A stretch of DNA of 64,000 nt from Phoronis australis (Eukaryota > Animalia > Phoronida). Of this stretch, positions 1 through 12,694 are shown piece by piece. The notes beneath the pieces were generated by a model. That model did no database searches and was not told the DNA's origin. It saw only the letters and a list, made by a program, of their open reading frames with translations. The first letter of the stretch is position 1. Every line of letters starts with the position of its first letter. The position numbers and the translations under genes were made by a program. Where the stretch lies: the NCBI GenBank assembly GCA_002633005.1, contig NMRA01000049.1, positions 511,189-575,188 on the forward strand, read 5' to 3'.

Positions 1-50
1 TACTCGCATACTTTACCCCGGAATTTTGGAAGATTGCTCAATTATTTTAG

Positions 51-350
51 AGATTTGTCTTCGGAAAAACTTGATGCTGTGAAAGACAAGGATAGGTCCG
101 TAAGTGGGAGTTCGACGTTGAAGAAGAGAATGGGAAAAAAGCCTTCCCTGCCAGAACACTGGACAGATGCATCTGTCAATGGCGGTGGTGATCGGCTATA
201 TGAAACAGTACAAACGACCGAGTCGCTACCTATCTCTGCTGACATTAAAAAACGTGGCAAAGAGTCTAGGAAAAAGAGAATATCTGGCTTGTTCAGGTCT
301 AAAAGTACTCCTGACCTCACCACACATTATGACCTCGCTCAGTTTTATAG
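51..350 (+). CDS. SHANK: Shank internal exon (linker upstream of PDZ), phase 2-2, 300 nt
   Basis: Acceptor ttattttag|51 and donor 350|gtaaag. Open frame DLSSEKL...RSKSTPDLTTHYDLAQFY joins in frame (AG|T=Ser) to the PDZ exon at 2790. Confidence 0.75.
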
Positions 351-539
351 GTAAAGTATCCCGGGTTGTCTATACACAGACCAACGTGGTTGTAACTCTT
401 ATGCTGTTGTTACCTTTCACATCAGCTGTTAAAACTGATTGTAGTTTTAGTCGCTAGTTGTTGGGTGTTATTGCCTTCCGATTCACTCGTTAGTATGTGG
501 GTGCACCATTGTTTCCAGCGCCTCCTAGCTGAGTTATAA

Positions 540-680
540 CGTTTAGAACTGCTGTGTTCTCATTGAGTTTCAACGGGATAACCCCTCACTAAACCACGCT
601 ACAGTTACAACTTAGAACTGCTGCGTTCGCACTGATTTAAAACGATAATAGCCTCTCACTAAAGCGCGCTACAGTCAAAA
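540..680. repeat. Two diverged tandem units of about 70 nt
   Basis: TTAGAACTGCTG.GTTC...CCTCACTAAA.C.CGCTACAGT occurs twice. Confidence 0.75.
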
Positions 681-1871
681 CTTTAAAACCAGTTTTAAAG
701 TGTTCAGACTGCGAGTTATAACTTTTAGAACAGGTTTAAAAGCAGTAACCGCTTTGGTGTGAATGGCACTGTACATTGGTGTTGTGTTAGCGATGGGCCA
801 TGTTCCGTTGGTATAACTGAACTGCTTTCTATTGGTCCTGTGTATGGCAATTCTTGTGATCGACAGGAGTGTAATGAATGAGTGGGTAATTACAGGGTTG
901 CCAGTTGGTGAATGGCAGTTCATGAGTGAGGAACACTGATTAGCCTCTCACAGAAATATGGGCCTGGAATGATCTGGTCAAGTTTTAAGTTTTGTTATTG
1001 AGTTCGATAAAACCTCGTCAATTTAGAGCTCAGTGTGACAGATAGGTGGAATTCGTTGTATTTTTTCATGACACATGGTACCAAGATAGCACTTTGCTAT
1101 ATGCAAGCTCTGTGACACAGCTATTAACAGACAATGTTTTCAAGAAATCATGGGCATTCACAACAATGGTAGAAGCTTGTGAAAAGTTAAAAAAATGATT
1201 TTTTTTGATTGTTTTTGTCTAAAATTGGTGAGATTTTATCACAGTTAAATATTCCCTGTTTGTTCCTGAGAAGGGAAAGTAGCTCAGTCTGCAATGAATG
1301 AATATTGTGATACTGATTGAAGGGTACTGGAAAAATTGTACAGGATATTATAAGACAGAGGCACCTGTGTTGTTATGGATTCCAGGTAAATTTGGCTGCC
1401 TGGAGAATGAAACATTCAGGGGAGTCGGGGGGGAGAGCGTGACCATTGTCATGTCAGCTGAATTACTGATGCTACTCCAGCAGTGAATACCATCTTTTTT
1501 TCTCTTTTAGGACATGTTTACCACTGTGTCCTATCTGAGAACAGTTATTTAATTGATCTTCTTCAAAACCTTTTTGGCTATAGTTGACTCAGAAATGTGG
1601 CTTAAATGGTATTGTAGGTGTGGACGTCCAAACTGTTCATTGCATCAGTTTAAATGCACTCCGTTAATTCTTTTTTATTTGAAACATTTGAGTCATTTCT
1701 TAGAAATAATATATTTCGAGTTCTTCTCCTTCACGAGATAGCACTCATTTATCTTTCTGTGGGTGATTTTTGTAGACTTTGAACCGTGAAGTGTTTTTAT
1801 CAGCAACTTATCTCTTGTTGATAGTTGGTTAAAGCTATTTATAGTCAACGGAGTTAAAGTCAGTTACAGAT

Positions 1872-1965
1872 ACTCACAGGGGTCCTGCGTTTTGAGAACC
1901 AGTTACCTCCATCTACTGAATTACGGGCATCAAACTGGTTCTCAAAGTCCAGGATCCCTGCAAGT
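1872..1965. repeat. Tiny hairpin element (GAGAACCAGTT core family)
   Basis: CAGGGGTCCTG..TTTGAGAACCAGTT...AACTGGTTCTCAAA..CAGGATCCCTG; close relative at 33351. Confidence 0.8.
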
Positions 1966-2789
1966 TACTATGGCCGTCATTGGGGTTTTCTGCCTGTTGA
2001 TTTGTGACATTTTCTTTATTTACTTCAAAATTTCTTTAATGCCGACTTAGAGAACTACAGAAACAAGCTCGTAGAGAGCATATCGGGAAACTCTACCCAG
2101 GATCATTTGTTTAGATATGCTTACCTTGTCTGTGGAACAGAGAATTTCAATTGGCACTTTTCTGCTGGTCTGTGTCATTAATAATCATCTCTCATTTCCT
2201 GGGTTACCTGCATGCCCAGATGGTATTAACATAGTTCCTCACTTATTAACACAGCTCAATGTCTCATAAACTCAGTTCAACAAATCACAATTTAACACAC
2301 CTTGCTTATAACCATATATGGTTCACTGCCGGCCAAACACAGTGCCAGACTCTCAGAACGCACCCCAAAACACAAACCTCAGCTGAATGCCCAACAAAAA
2401 GCTAACACTCCCCGTGTGACTCCGGCCACGATCACTGAGTGAGTTAAAGCCTTGTTTTTCAAGTCTGGCACCCTGTTTGGCTGTCTGTGAGCCCTGTTTG
2501 CGAGTCTGAGCATGAGTAAATGAGTCGGTGAACTGAGTTTGTCTGGTCCGTGACTCGTGTTTTTCAGTGAGCAGCTATGTTCAGCAGCCATGTTGTTCGA
2601 GTAGCCTGTTTTCTTGGGTTGTGGCACCAGTGGTGCCCCCATTGTGCATGTTTGTCATCTCAGTGTCATGACTTGAAGACTGGAAATCATCGATTATTCA
2701 TATTTTTAATTTGTAAGAGTTAGCTGTATTTACATGAACCAGAGCAGTGATGGGAGAGACATGGTGAAAAGATTTTGGTATCATTTTAG

Positions 2790-2863
2790 TGAGAACTCTA
2801 CAATATGTGTGGTCCTTCAACGTGGTAGAAGTGGTTATGGCTTTGTCCTCAGGGGAGCTCGTT
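2790..2863 (+). CDS. SHANK: Shank PDZ exon 1 (carboxylate-binding loop)
   Basis: tcattttag|T GAG AAC...; encodes ENSTICVVLQRGRSGYGFVLRGAR, matching Shank GFGFVLRGAK; donor T|gtaagt. Not in the ORF track. Confidence 0.93.
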
Positions 2864-3038
2864 GTAAGTATTAATGGTTTAGTCAAACTTAATGTTTTGA
2901 TTGCATAAAAATGTCGCTAAGCTGGAAGTGTGACACGTCTTTGAGGCCAGGTGTACAAAGTTCTGAGTTCACTGTGGACGTGATTTTGCACATTGAGACT
3001 TAAAAATAGTCTATTCATCATTGAATATTCTGAAGTTA

Positions 3039-6000
3039 AGTTGTATATGCCATGTGTTTGACACTTTGTAATCATCAAATTGAGTTGTTGATGAAACAAT
3101 TAATATCATTATGTTTTTTATTGTCTAAGTTGTTTCAAAACTGTATTGCCATTAGTCGAAGTTGTATATCCCATGTTTGACTTTTTGTAATCATCAAATT
3201 GAGTTTTTGATAAAACAGTTGGTTTCATTATTATGTTTTTTATTTTCCAAGTCCTTTCAAAACTGTATTGCTGTTGATCATTTCAGCCAGTCATATCATT
3301 GTTTCAAGCTGTAGACCTAAGTGTAAATCTTGTGCTATGGTTCTAGTGGTGAACTAATTTTGATCATTATTCCAACCCTCAAGCTATAATGGTCAGTGAA
3401 CAAAAGCAATCAGAATAACGGTAATCCTCCGCTTATTTGACTCAAAAATAATTGAGAGAATGGCATTTTTTATTTTCAGTGGCTAATTATCTTTCTTCAA
3501 TTAATGGGAACTTTAACAATTGTTTTATGACATCTGCACACTGCAAACCGTGCTTGTAATTGACTAAAATATTCTTAATCTTTACTTTTCACTAGAAGGT
3601 TAAGAATCAAGAATTTCATTTGTCTGCCATATTGTGAGCTAAATAAGTGAAGAATTCCCCTAACCAAATACGCATTGGATGATTGACTGATGACAATGCT
3701 TGTCTGACTAACTGTCACTCATGTCACCTGAAGGCATAACTGCAAGTCTTCACCTATTCAGCTCACAATATGGTGGATAAATGAATCTTGTTGTCAAAGA
3801 TTAAGAAAATGTCAGCCTATTGGGGTGTTTGATTAAGTTTCTATTATTTGTGACCAGTCAGTCAACCTCAGAAAAATAGAAAACAATTATTTTTTGTGCA
3901 AAATAAGTGAAGACTTTTACAGCCACTGAGGTTTTCAAAGCAATCCATTGTTATTCCAATCTAACGGCAGCGGCGTTGCCATTTAAGGAAAGTATCACAT
4001 GAAAGTGAGTGTTGTTACGTACTAGAAGAAAATTATTTCTAAATGATGTATTACTGTGATTATGTTCTTTTCTCTAGTGTCCTGTGATCTATTGTGAAGC
4101 TTCATTACAGCTCTCTTGAGTGCCCAAGAGTATAATATTTTCAAACTAGCCACTTTGAAATTTGTGTACTGTGACTCATTGATGTGTTTTAGGAATAATC
4201 AGTGCCATTTAGTATAAGTGCCAATGTGAGTGGTTTGCGAAGATTAAAGACCTAAATAGTACCAATTAGGTCTGTCGGAAATCGTCATTTTTATTAAGTG
4301 ACATAAATCATGGCTGTGAATGTTCCCGTTGAATGAATTTGTGACAAATTTAGTATTTTTATATGTTTGCCTCTGTATCAGAGTAATGCTTGACAGATTT
4401 TCAGGGAAATTTGGCAAATAGGTTTCTATTAAGATGACATCACTTGACAATTTGAGGACAAATTTGTGATATTTTGTGCCGCTTAATGGCCATTTATATT
4501 TTTACGAGCCTGTTTTTGGCGTTCGCCCCAGTCTTTCAAATCACACTGGCTGAGGAACATAGAACATTTGCAGTTAGGTTCCTTTTTTGGAAAACCATGT
4601 CCGATATTGATTTTTGCATTCAGATTACTGTGGCACCCCCTAGCAGCAATTTTTTGCATAAGTAGCCTCCTTAACTCTGCAGGATTTTCTTGATATTAGG
4701 CGAGCGTTTTTCTATGAATATGTCAACAGATAACCATGATTTTTGGATGGACCTGACTACCATTGTTCCTTCAGTGTTCCTAGTCTGACACGAGCACAAC
4801 TGATGTTGTGGCATCTCCTTGTGGCATTTTTTGTATCTACTGTATCTCGTAAATCCCTTGTAAGGTATTTATAAAATTAGGTAAGGGTGTATTCCCTATG
4901 AACTTGACAATGGATGATAACTCTTGAATCGAACCGACCACCGCTGTGCATCCTAGTGGCAATGTGAGTCTTGTAAGTTTGCCGTATTCCTTTATGGATT
5001 TTCATGAAAGTAGCCAAATAATTTTCTGTTAGGAACACGATGACACCTTCCCATTTTCAAGTAGGTTTGAAGTATTGTACACCATCTANCGCGGTTCCTA
5101 AAGTTTGCGAACATGAGAAGAAAAGAAAGTGACAAAGTGTTCAAGTATTACATTTTGAAGTTAATCGATGACCCGTTACAATAATTTGTTACTGGTATCA
5201 TAATTCACATTGCTAAACCGCGGTCTCTGAGGCCGTCGTTGCACTCAATGTTATCATCGATCTTAATCTAAAAGGTCGGGGATTCGCGTTTCCTATTAGC
5301 ACAGGGCGGTAATCACCAATTGGCAAAAGTAGGGGATGGGCGGTTAACCGAGCAGTGGGCGGTTAATTGGAAAGCTTCAAAAATAGCAGGGGGGCGGTTA
5401 ACCGAGCAGTGGGCGGTTAAATCGAAATTCACCTAAAGTAGGGGGTGGGCGGTTAACTGAGCATGGGCGTTAACCCGAACGATTACGGTAAGTTGTATGT
5501 GCCATGTGTTTGACACTTTGTAATCATCAAATTGAGTTGTTGATGAAACAATTGGCATCATTATTATGTTTTTTATTTTCCAAGTTGTTTCAAACCTGTA
5601 TTGCTATTGATCATTTCAGCCGATCATATCATTGTTTCAAGCTGTAGACCTAAGTGTAAATCTTGTGCTATGGTTCTAGTGGTGAACTAATTTTGATCAT
5701 TTTCCAACCCTCAAGCTATAATGGTCAGTGAACAAAAGCAATCAGAATTACGGTTATCCTCCGGTAATCCTCCGCTTATTTGGCTCAAAAATAATTGAGA
5801 GAATGGCAATTTTTTATTTTCAGTGGCTAATTACCTTTCTTCAATTAATGGGAACTTAAACAAATGTTGTTTTATGACATCCGCACACTGCAAACCATGC
5901 TTGTAATTGACTAAAATATTCTTAATCTCTACTTTTCCAGAGAAGTTTAAGAATCAGAATTTCATTAGTCTGCCATATTGTGAGCAAAATAAGTGAAGAA

Positions 6001-7445
6001 TTCCCCTAACCAAATACACATTGGATGATTGACTGATGACAATGCTTGTCTGACTAACTGTCACTCATGTCACCTGAAGGCATAACTGCAAGTCTTCACC
6101 TATTCAGCTCACAATATGGTGGATAAATGAATCTTTTTGTCAAAGATTGAGAAAATGTCAGCCTATTGGGGTGTTTGATTAAGTTTCTATTATTTGTGAC
6201 TAGTCAGTCAACCTCTGAAAAATAGAAAACGATTATTTTTTTGTGCAAAATAAGTGAAGACTTGTACAGCCACTGAGGTTTTCAATAGCAATCCATTGTT
6301 ATTCCAATCTAACGGCAGCGGCGTTGCCATTTAAGGAAAGTACCACATGAAAGTGAGTGTTGTTACGTACTAGAAGAAAATTATTTCTAAATGATGTATT
6401 ACTGTGATTATGTTCTTTTCTCTAGTGTCCTGTGATCTATTGTGAAGCTTCATTACAGCTCTCCTGAGTGCCCAAGAGTATAATATTTTCAAACTAGCCA
6501 CTTTGAAATTTGTGTACTGTGACTCATTGATGTGTTTCAGGAATAATCAGTGCCATTTAGTATAAGTGCCAATGTGAGTGGTTTGCGAAGATTAAAGACC
6601 TAAACAGTACCAATTAGGTCTGTCGGAAATCGTCATTTTTATTAAGTGACATAAATCATGGCTGTGAATGTTCCCGTTGAATGAATTTGTGACAAATTTA
6701 GTATTTTTTTATGTTTGCCTCTGTATCAGAGTAATGCTTGACAGATTTTCAGGGAAATTTGGCAAATAGGTTTCTATTAAGATGACATCACTTGACCATT
6801 TGAGGACAAATTTGTGATATTTTGTGCCGCTTAATGGCCATTTATATTTTTACGAGCCTGTTTTTGGCGTTCACCCGTCTTTCAAATCACACTGGCTGAG
6901 GAACATAGAACATTTGCACTTAGGTTCCTTTTTTGGAAAACCATGTCCGATATTGATTTTTGCATTCAGATTACTGTGGCACCCCCTAGTAGCAATTTTT
7001 TGCATAAGTAGCCGTACCTCCTTAACTCTTTGCAGAATTTTTGTGAAATTAGGCAAGCGTTTTCCTATGAATATGGCAACAGATAACCATGACTTTTGGA
7101 TGGACCTGACTACCATTGTTCCTCCAGTGTTCCTATGCTAACACGAGCACAACTGATGTTGTGGCATCTCCTTGTGGCATTTTTTATGTCAACTGTATCT
7201 CGTAAATCCCTTGTAAGGTATTTGTAAAATTAAGTAAGGGTGTATTCCCTATGAACTTGACAATGGATGATAACTCTTTTGAATGGAACTGACCACCGCT
7301 GTGCATCCTAGTGGCAATGTGAGTTTTGTACATTTGCTGTATTCCTTTATGGATTTTCATGAAAGTAGCCAATATAATTTTCTGTTAGGAACGCGATGAA
7401 ACCTTCCCATTTTCAAATGGGTTTGAAATATTGTACACCATCTAG
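3039..7445. repeat. About 2 kb direct duplication (3039-5088 vs 5491-7444) across an N join; probable uncollapsed haplotypes
   Basis: Copies are nearly identical with scattered substitutions and indels; copy 1 stops exactly at the N. Confidence 0.9.
5090..5488. mobile_element. Right-hand part of a CCGTA-TIR/TA transposon (left part lost in the gap at 5089)
   Basis: Ends ...CGATTACGG|TA and has repeated subterminal GGGCGGTTAACCGAGCAGT units at about 5338-5475. Confidence 0.75.
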
Positions 7446-7535
7446 TGGCCATTTTAGGATACTAATAAACACCAAGAAGCACCATAGTTTGAGTGTAATT
7501 GTGAGCACATTTCAACATTTTGCACTGCTCTGGTT
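6940..7535 (+). mobile_element. Degenerate copy of the same HINE-like family (5' boundary approximate; second haplotype copy near 4600-5088)
   Basis: Shares CCTTCCCATTTT...CCATCTAGTGGCCATTTT...AATAAAC...AATTGTGAGCACATTTCAAC with the 3' end of copy B. Confidence 0.6.
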
Positions 7536-7571
7536 TTTACTTGACCTATGTCAGTGTTTCTGATTTTTTAG

Positions 7572-7705
7572 CCAGCCAGTCGAGTTCATCCACTCTGGAG
7601 TTTATCCCATCTCCGGACTTCCCTGCGCTCCAGTATCTGGATGTGGTGGAAAAAAACGGAATGGCTGACAAAGCCGGACTAAGAAAGGGTGACTTTGTTC
7701 TGGAG
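7572..7705 (+). CDS. SHANK: Shank PDZ exon 2
   Basis: tttttag|CC AGC...; encodes SQSSSSTLEFIPSPDFPALQYLDVVEKNGMADKAGLRKGDFVLE (Shank signature F.P.P.FPALQYL...AGLR.GDF..E); donor gtatgt. Confidence 0.95.
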
Positions 7706-8440
7706 GTATGTTTTTATACTGGGCATTCAGTCTCAAACGAGGTCATAAATCTGAACAGTTATTGCTGTCGCCAGATCATTCGTCTCCTTAACTAATAAAC
7801 ATTCCCTGTTTACTCTACTCGAACAAGTTAAATTCTGCGTTCTTCGTCCTAGTGATGTGCTTTATGGTTACACTAAATTTTGTTACTGCGTTCAACAACC
7901 TACAGTAATTCCTAAATTGTTTTGCAAAAACAGTTCTTGCAAAAAGTCTTTAGTTCCATCGAAGGATGACTACAGCAGTGGCAGATTTAGAGAGAGGGGT
8001 TGAGACATTTAGGGGGCTACCTCCCTAAAATTCTCCCAGATTCCTCTTGGCAGTTTGGGGGTGCGAATGCCTGATGGGCAAAATCCTGGCTAATACTCTG
8101 TCCTGGCTTCCCTTACTCAAAATGCTGGATTCGCCCGTGTACTGTGCTAAAGATTCATAATCAAAATATTCCTCACCTGTCTAATTTGCCACTATTGCAT
8201 GTTAAACAGTACAGTCAAGTCCAGTAATGTAGGAATTCAGTTGATGTTAACTAACTGGTTCCACTTTTCTGCCATTTTCACACCATCTTGTAGAAATTAT
8301 TACAAAATTCCTATAAGTTGTCCAGCTCTGCTGTCACAGTCCTTCAATAATGACCATTGTGCCATTCATTGGTTCTTCCACATGTTTGTAATTGAGTGTA
8401 GTGCGCTTCATTATATCATCGATAAAACGTTGTTTCGCAG

Positions 8441-8609
8441 ATAAATGGCGAAAATGTTGTGCGCGCACCACACGAACATGCCGTGAAGTTGATTAAAACA
8501 TCTAAAGACACACTTGCCATGAAAGTAGTTCGCGTCAAGTCGGCCCATGATGGTATCTGGACAGTAGAGCACGTGGATGACATAGGGCAGACGAAACAGA
8601 AAAAAAGAG
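8441..8609 (+). CDS. SHANK: Shank PDZ exon 3
   Basis: tttcgcag|ATA AAT GGC...; encodes INGENVVRAPHEHAVKLIKTSKDTLAMKVVRVK...QKKR; donor G|gtaacc. Confidence 0.95.
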
Positions 8610-9739
8610 GTAACCAGTTAATACTATGAAACAGTACGCCCTATAGGTGTTATGTAGTAACAGTTCTGGAATTATCGGTCACAGGTTCATTACTAGTGTC
8701 CAAAAATGGAATTCAGATTCACTTGAATGAATGTGATATTCAATTTTTTGTGTCATATGTCAACAGTAAAATACGGAAACCAATGCTAATTTGAATTGCC
8801 GAGTCTTTATCGTGACGTGTTGCTGTCTGGTTAAAACAGAAAAGTACATTTCATGCGATGTTTATAACTTGAAGTTAAACTGTAATTCCAGAATAAAAAA
8901 CTAAACTGCTTCAGTGTCGTATGTTACTTTATTGTTGTATAGCTCATGAAGGACTCCCTGTGTTGTATTATGTAGTGTTTAATGCATTTGTTCCGCAGGC
9001 TCTGAAGCGAATTCTTCTCGTGCCGTCAGTTTCCGCATTGTTAGGAGTATGTATTGTCTCGCTTCTTCTGGTCACCCGGCTTTGGTTTCGGACACGTGTC
9101 AAGCACACAAATGGCCAGATGTTATCTAGATGGTGTACTTTTAAGCAGGATTCACACGGGCATTTAATAACGTTTTAATTAGAAAGTCGATGTGTAATTA
9201 ACTTTATCCGTTAAAATTGACTGAAACGCTTTGAGTCGTGTTCAACTTTAAACACTGTACGTCTTTATCATTTGTTTACAACAGTTAATTGTTGGTGCCG
9301 ATTATCCACAAACTTTTGAGTACACCAGTCATATTAGGTCTGGCCAGTGTAAGCCTGTGACAGCTTCATGAGTTATTTCTCCTGTTAGGGAACTGTCACA
9401 CCCCTGTTACACCCCTGTCACACCAATGTAGTTCACACTTTTCGCTCAGTAGGCTAAAATTCGCTGCTATCAAAACACTTAAAATAAACCGTGTGAGACC
9501 CTCCACGGACAGTCATGTTGGAGCCAGGTTTTTAGCGAACATTTTGTTTTGGTCCTTATTCCCCAGCCTAGGAGGGGCTGGAATGTTCTGAGACCTACCT
9601 TGGTGTGACAAGACTCTTACATTTATTTATTGAAACCTGTTTAGGCCAAAAAAGTATAGCTGGTTCTGGTCTTACCCCACCTTGTTTTTAGACCTTTGCT
9701 CTTTGACTAAAAGAAAAAAGCACCCACTTGCATCAGTTT

Positions 9740-10441
9740 TTATGCGCCCGCATATTTATATGTGGATGCATTATGCAGTCATCTCCGTCCGGGCAGCGTT
9801 CGTCCGGCATCTGGCATCCGCTGCTGTATCTCCAAAACCGATTGACGTATGTTCATGAAATTTTGCACATGTGTTCCTTTCATGGATGGGACGGCACAAG
9901 CTAACATTCGAATGGATCCGGCTACCGGTGTGCCCCCTAGTGGCAATTTTAGTTTTTTTACGTTTTCCTATGAATATTCAAATTTGGCGTACGGCTTCTG
10001 TTAGTGAGATGACACTATCTTTCCATTTTCAGATGGATTCGACGTAGTTTGCGCCACCTAGTGGCCATTGTTTTGTTTTGTGCCCATAGTTGTATCTCCT
10101 AAACCCACTGGAGGAGCTTTATTATATTTAGTAAGTGTATTTATATGAAGCGAACAACTGACAATGACGACTTTCAGGCGGATTCAATGAACACTGTGCC
10201 CCCTAATGGCAATTTCATTTTATTCTGTTTTCCTTTGTTTCTCTGAAGTTCCTTGGTGGATTTCTATGAAATTTGGAATTTTGTGTATTGGTTTCTATTA
10301 AAGAAGAATGACATGTTCCGGACGGATTGTATGTTTTTGCGCCATCTAGTGCCCATTTTATGACACAAATATGCAACCCTAAAAGCACACCATTTGCGAT
10401 GCATTCGTGGGTACATTTCAAGGCTCCGCGTTGCTCTTGTT
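9740..10441 (+). mobile_element. Helentron-associated (HINE/DINE-1-like) non-autonomous element, copy A
   Basis: 5' TTATGCGCCC subTIR with hairpin, GTCC microsatellite remnant, internal repeats and 3' ...GCTCCGCGTTGCTCTTGT; homologous to 20504-21581. Confidence 0.75.
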
Positions 10442-11100
10442 GCTAAGGTGTTTGCATGTTTTTTTTTTGAAAATCTGCACAAGGGCACATAAGCAAGGGT
10501 GAGCAGGGTTTAAAGCATCATGATTTACCAAACGATTCATAATTACCTGCAATTGATGAACTCTGGACAGCATTTGAAAAGTTCTCAGCCACTCAAATTG
10601 CAATGGACCATTTGAAGGAGATCGCCGTTGTGGTGGGACAAAGTACCGTTATGCTTGCTACTTGTTACTTCATCCTCCTTAGCTTCGATTCTTGTCTTTT
10701 TTTGTGGCACCTTCCTCCATCAGCGCTGCAACACTGTTGCGGTGCCATCCGACGTGGACCCCCCCCCAAAGCTACTCCACTGCTTCAATCAGCCTTTTTC
10801 ATTTCATGATTCCATGCAAGATATTAATTTTTTTATTTCTTCATGCAAAATACTGAGCATTATGTATGGCAATCTGTATAAATTTGGATAACTAAGCAGG
10901 CATCTTTGAGGCAGTCGCATAAACAAATGGCGATTGAAAGTAGCAGTTTAAATGTCCGATGCACGGAGGTGCCTTGACTGCAACTTATGAAGCTTGCGTG
11001 TGTACGCAGCGTCAATCTTGCCCCAATGACAGCTAAGTTGTTGAACTCACTCAAGGGAGGTGTTCCATGGCCATGGGCCGTCTTGTGTTGGGGTTAAGTC

Positions 11101-11210
11101 CACTAAAACTTCCTGGATGGCAGCTTTAGGATGACGTGATATCGGCTATAAGCCGCACTAAAACTTCCTGGATGGCAGCTTTAGGATGACGTGATATCGG
11201 CTATAAGCCG
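11101..11210. repeat. Perfect 55-nt tandem duplication
   Basis: CACTAAAACTTCCTGGATGG...CGGCTATAAGCCG occurs twice. Confidence 0.95.
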
Positions 11211-12169
11211 CAATTCATCAAACACTATTCTGAGGGTGACTGGATCTTTTTGTTGGCAAACTGTGCTGTTCTATTTTTAATCGCCATGTTGCAACACGCT
11301 GGGTTATGACATCATTTCCTCATTGGCTTCTGTCAATGGAGATGAAAAAGATCTAATTTTTGAAGCACTGGCTCGAGTACCCCGTAGTCGACTGACCACC
11401 GAGTAAAAATGTCACTCCTCGGGTGGATTTTTGGAAAAGTGAGCAACTAAAAATACTGCACCCACGATTCCATTTTCAAAAAAAAAATAGACTAGAACCA
11501 ACTATTCTTTTTTGCTTTACCTTATCAATCCTGAAATTCTACTTTTATAAGTAATGGTGATCTTTGGTTGATTTGGTAATCTCTTGATTTTAATTTCACC
11601 AATCTAAGTGGGGTCCGTTTCATAATTTATGTTATGACTTCAGTGTGCCATTGTGTGTCAAGCTCAATTGTTGTCCAGTGAAAAGTGTGCCTTAGGAGAT
11701 GACACCAACTGATGTGTCTACATTTGTGATCAGGACATTGTATCAGATCAAAAGAAAAATGCTAAATGCATAGAAAAGTATTCAACTGTGCACCATAACT
11801 GTAGTTGTTTTAATGGTGTTGTATATTTAGTTTTAGATGGGTTTGTATAATGGTTCATGAAGAATGTTTATAGCGACATTACACCCATGCTTTCTGTCCA
11901 AAAACTTTTGATTTACGCCACTAACTTTTATGAGAATGATTGTGTCGTATTTCTGGACTTGGGCAGAACTGAGTTTGTTATGGCATCAGACCAGGCTTAA
12001 TGAGTCTCAGGTCACAACGTGGACTTTTCCGCTTGCACTCGACATTTGGATGCAGTGGATTTGTCTAGGCAAATTATTGCAACTAATTTCACTTATGGCA
12101 AGAAGGTGTATTAAGGTGCCTGGGAATTAGAAAATTGCTTTGGACACAAAAACAGGGTTTTTAGCTGGT

Positions 12170-12288
12170 TTAAGTGACCACAGACTCACCCAAACAGTCT
12201 GTCGCTCTTAAGTGACCACAGACTCACACAAACAGTTCGTCGCTCTTAAGTGACCACAGACTCAAACAAATAGTCCGTCGCTCTTAAG
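12170..12288. repeat. 38-nt minisatellite, three units
   Basis: TTAAGTGACCACAGACTCA..CAAA.AGT..GTCGCTC occurs three times contiguously. Confidence 0.92.
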
Positions 12289-12694
12289 CTACCAATGCTC
12301 AATTCTTAACTTAACCTCATTCATCCTGTCTTGAATTGTTGTGTCCGAATAAGCCCGCAGCTCAAGACATATGTAATGGCTACATGGGCCCTTTTGGAAT
12401 AAGCTATTCTTGGGTTGCAGGCCACCCTCCAATAAACTGCAAAACATTTTCTTGAGTCACTGATGGTTTGAGGTTCTTGTTGATTATGGATTTAGAATCC
12501 TGGTAAAGAGTATTATGAGACTGATTTTATTCCTCCCAGAATTCCCCCGAGTACTACCATGAGATACGGACATGCGCAAAGCGGACCATTCCACGGACTT
12601 ATCTTCTAGAGGAAGACGTGTTTTTCCTTNGAGAGTAAAGGCCTCAAAATGCAGGTTTAAAAAGTGGAATGTTATTGTGTATGTTATTAATTTA

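Noticed and set aside
7976-8139. Possible hAT-like MITE (CAGTGGCAGATTTAG...CTGGATTCGCCCGTG)
   Set aside because: TIR match is weak and no target duplication is visible; probably an old remnant but not supportable.
12170-12288. 38-nt repeats as a possible CRISPR array
   Set aside because: Units are contiguous with no unique spacers, there are no cas genes, and the context is a eukaryotic intron.
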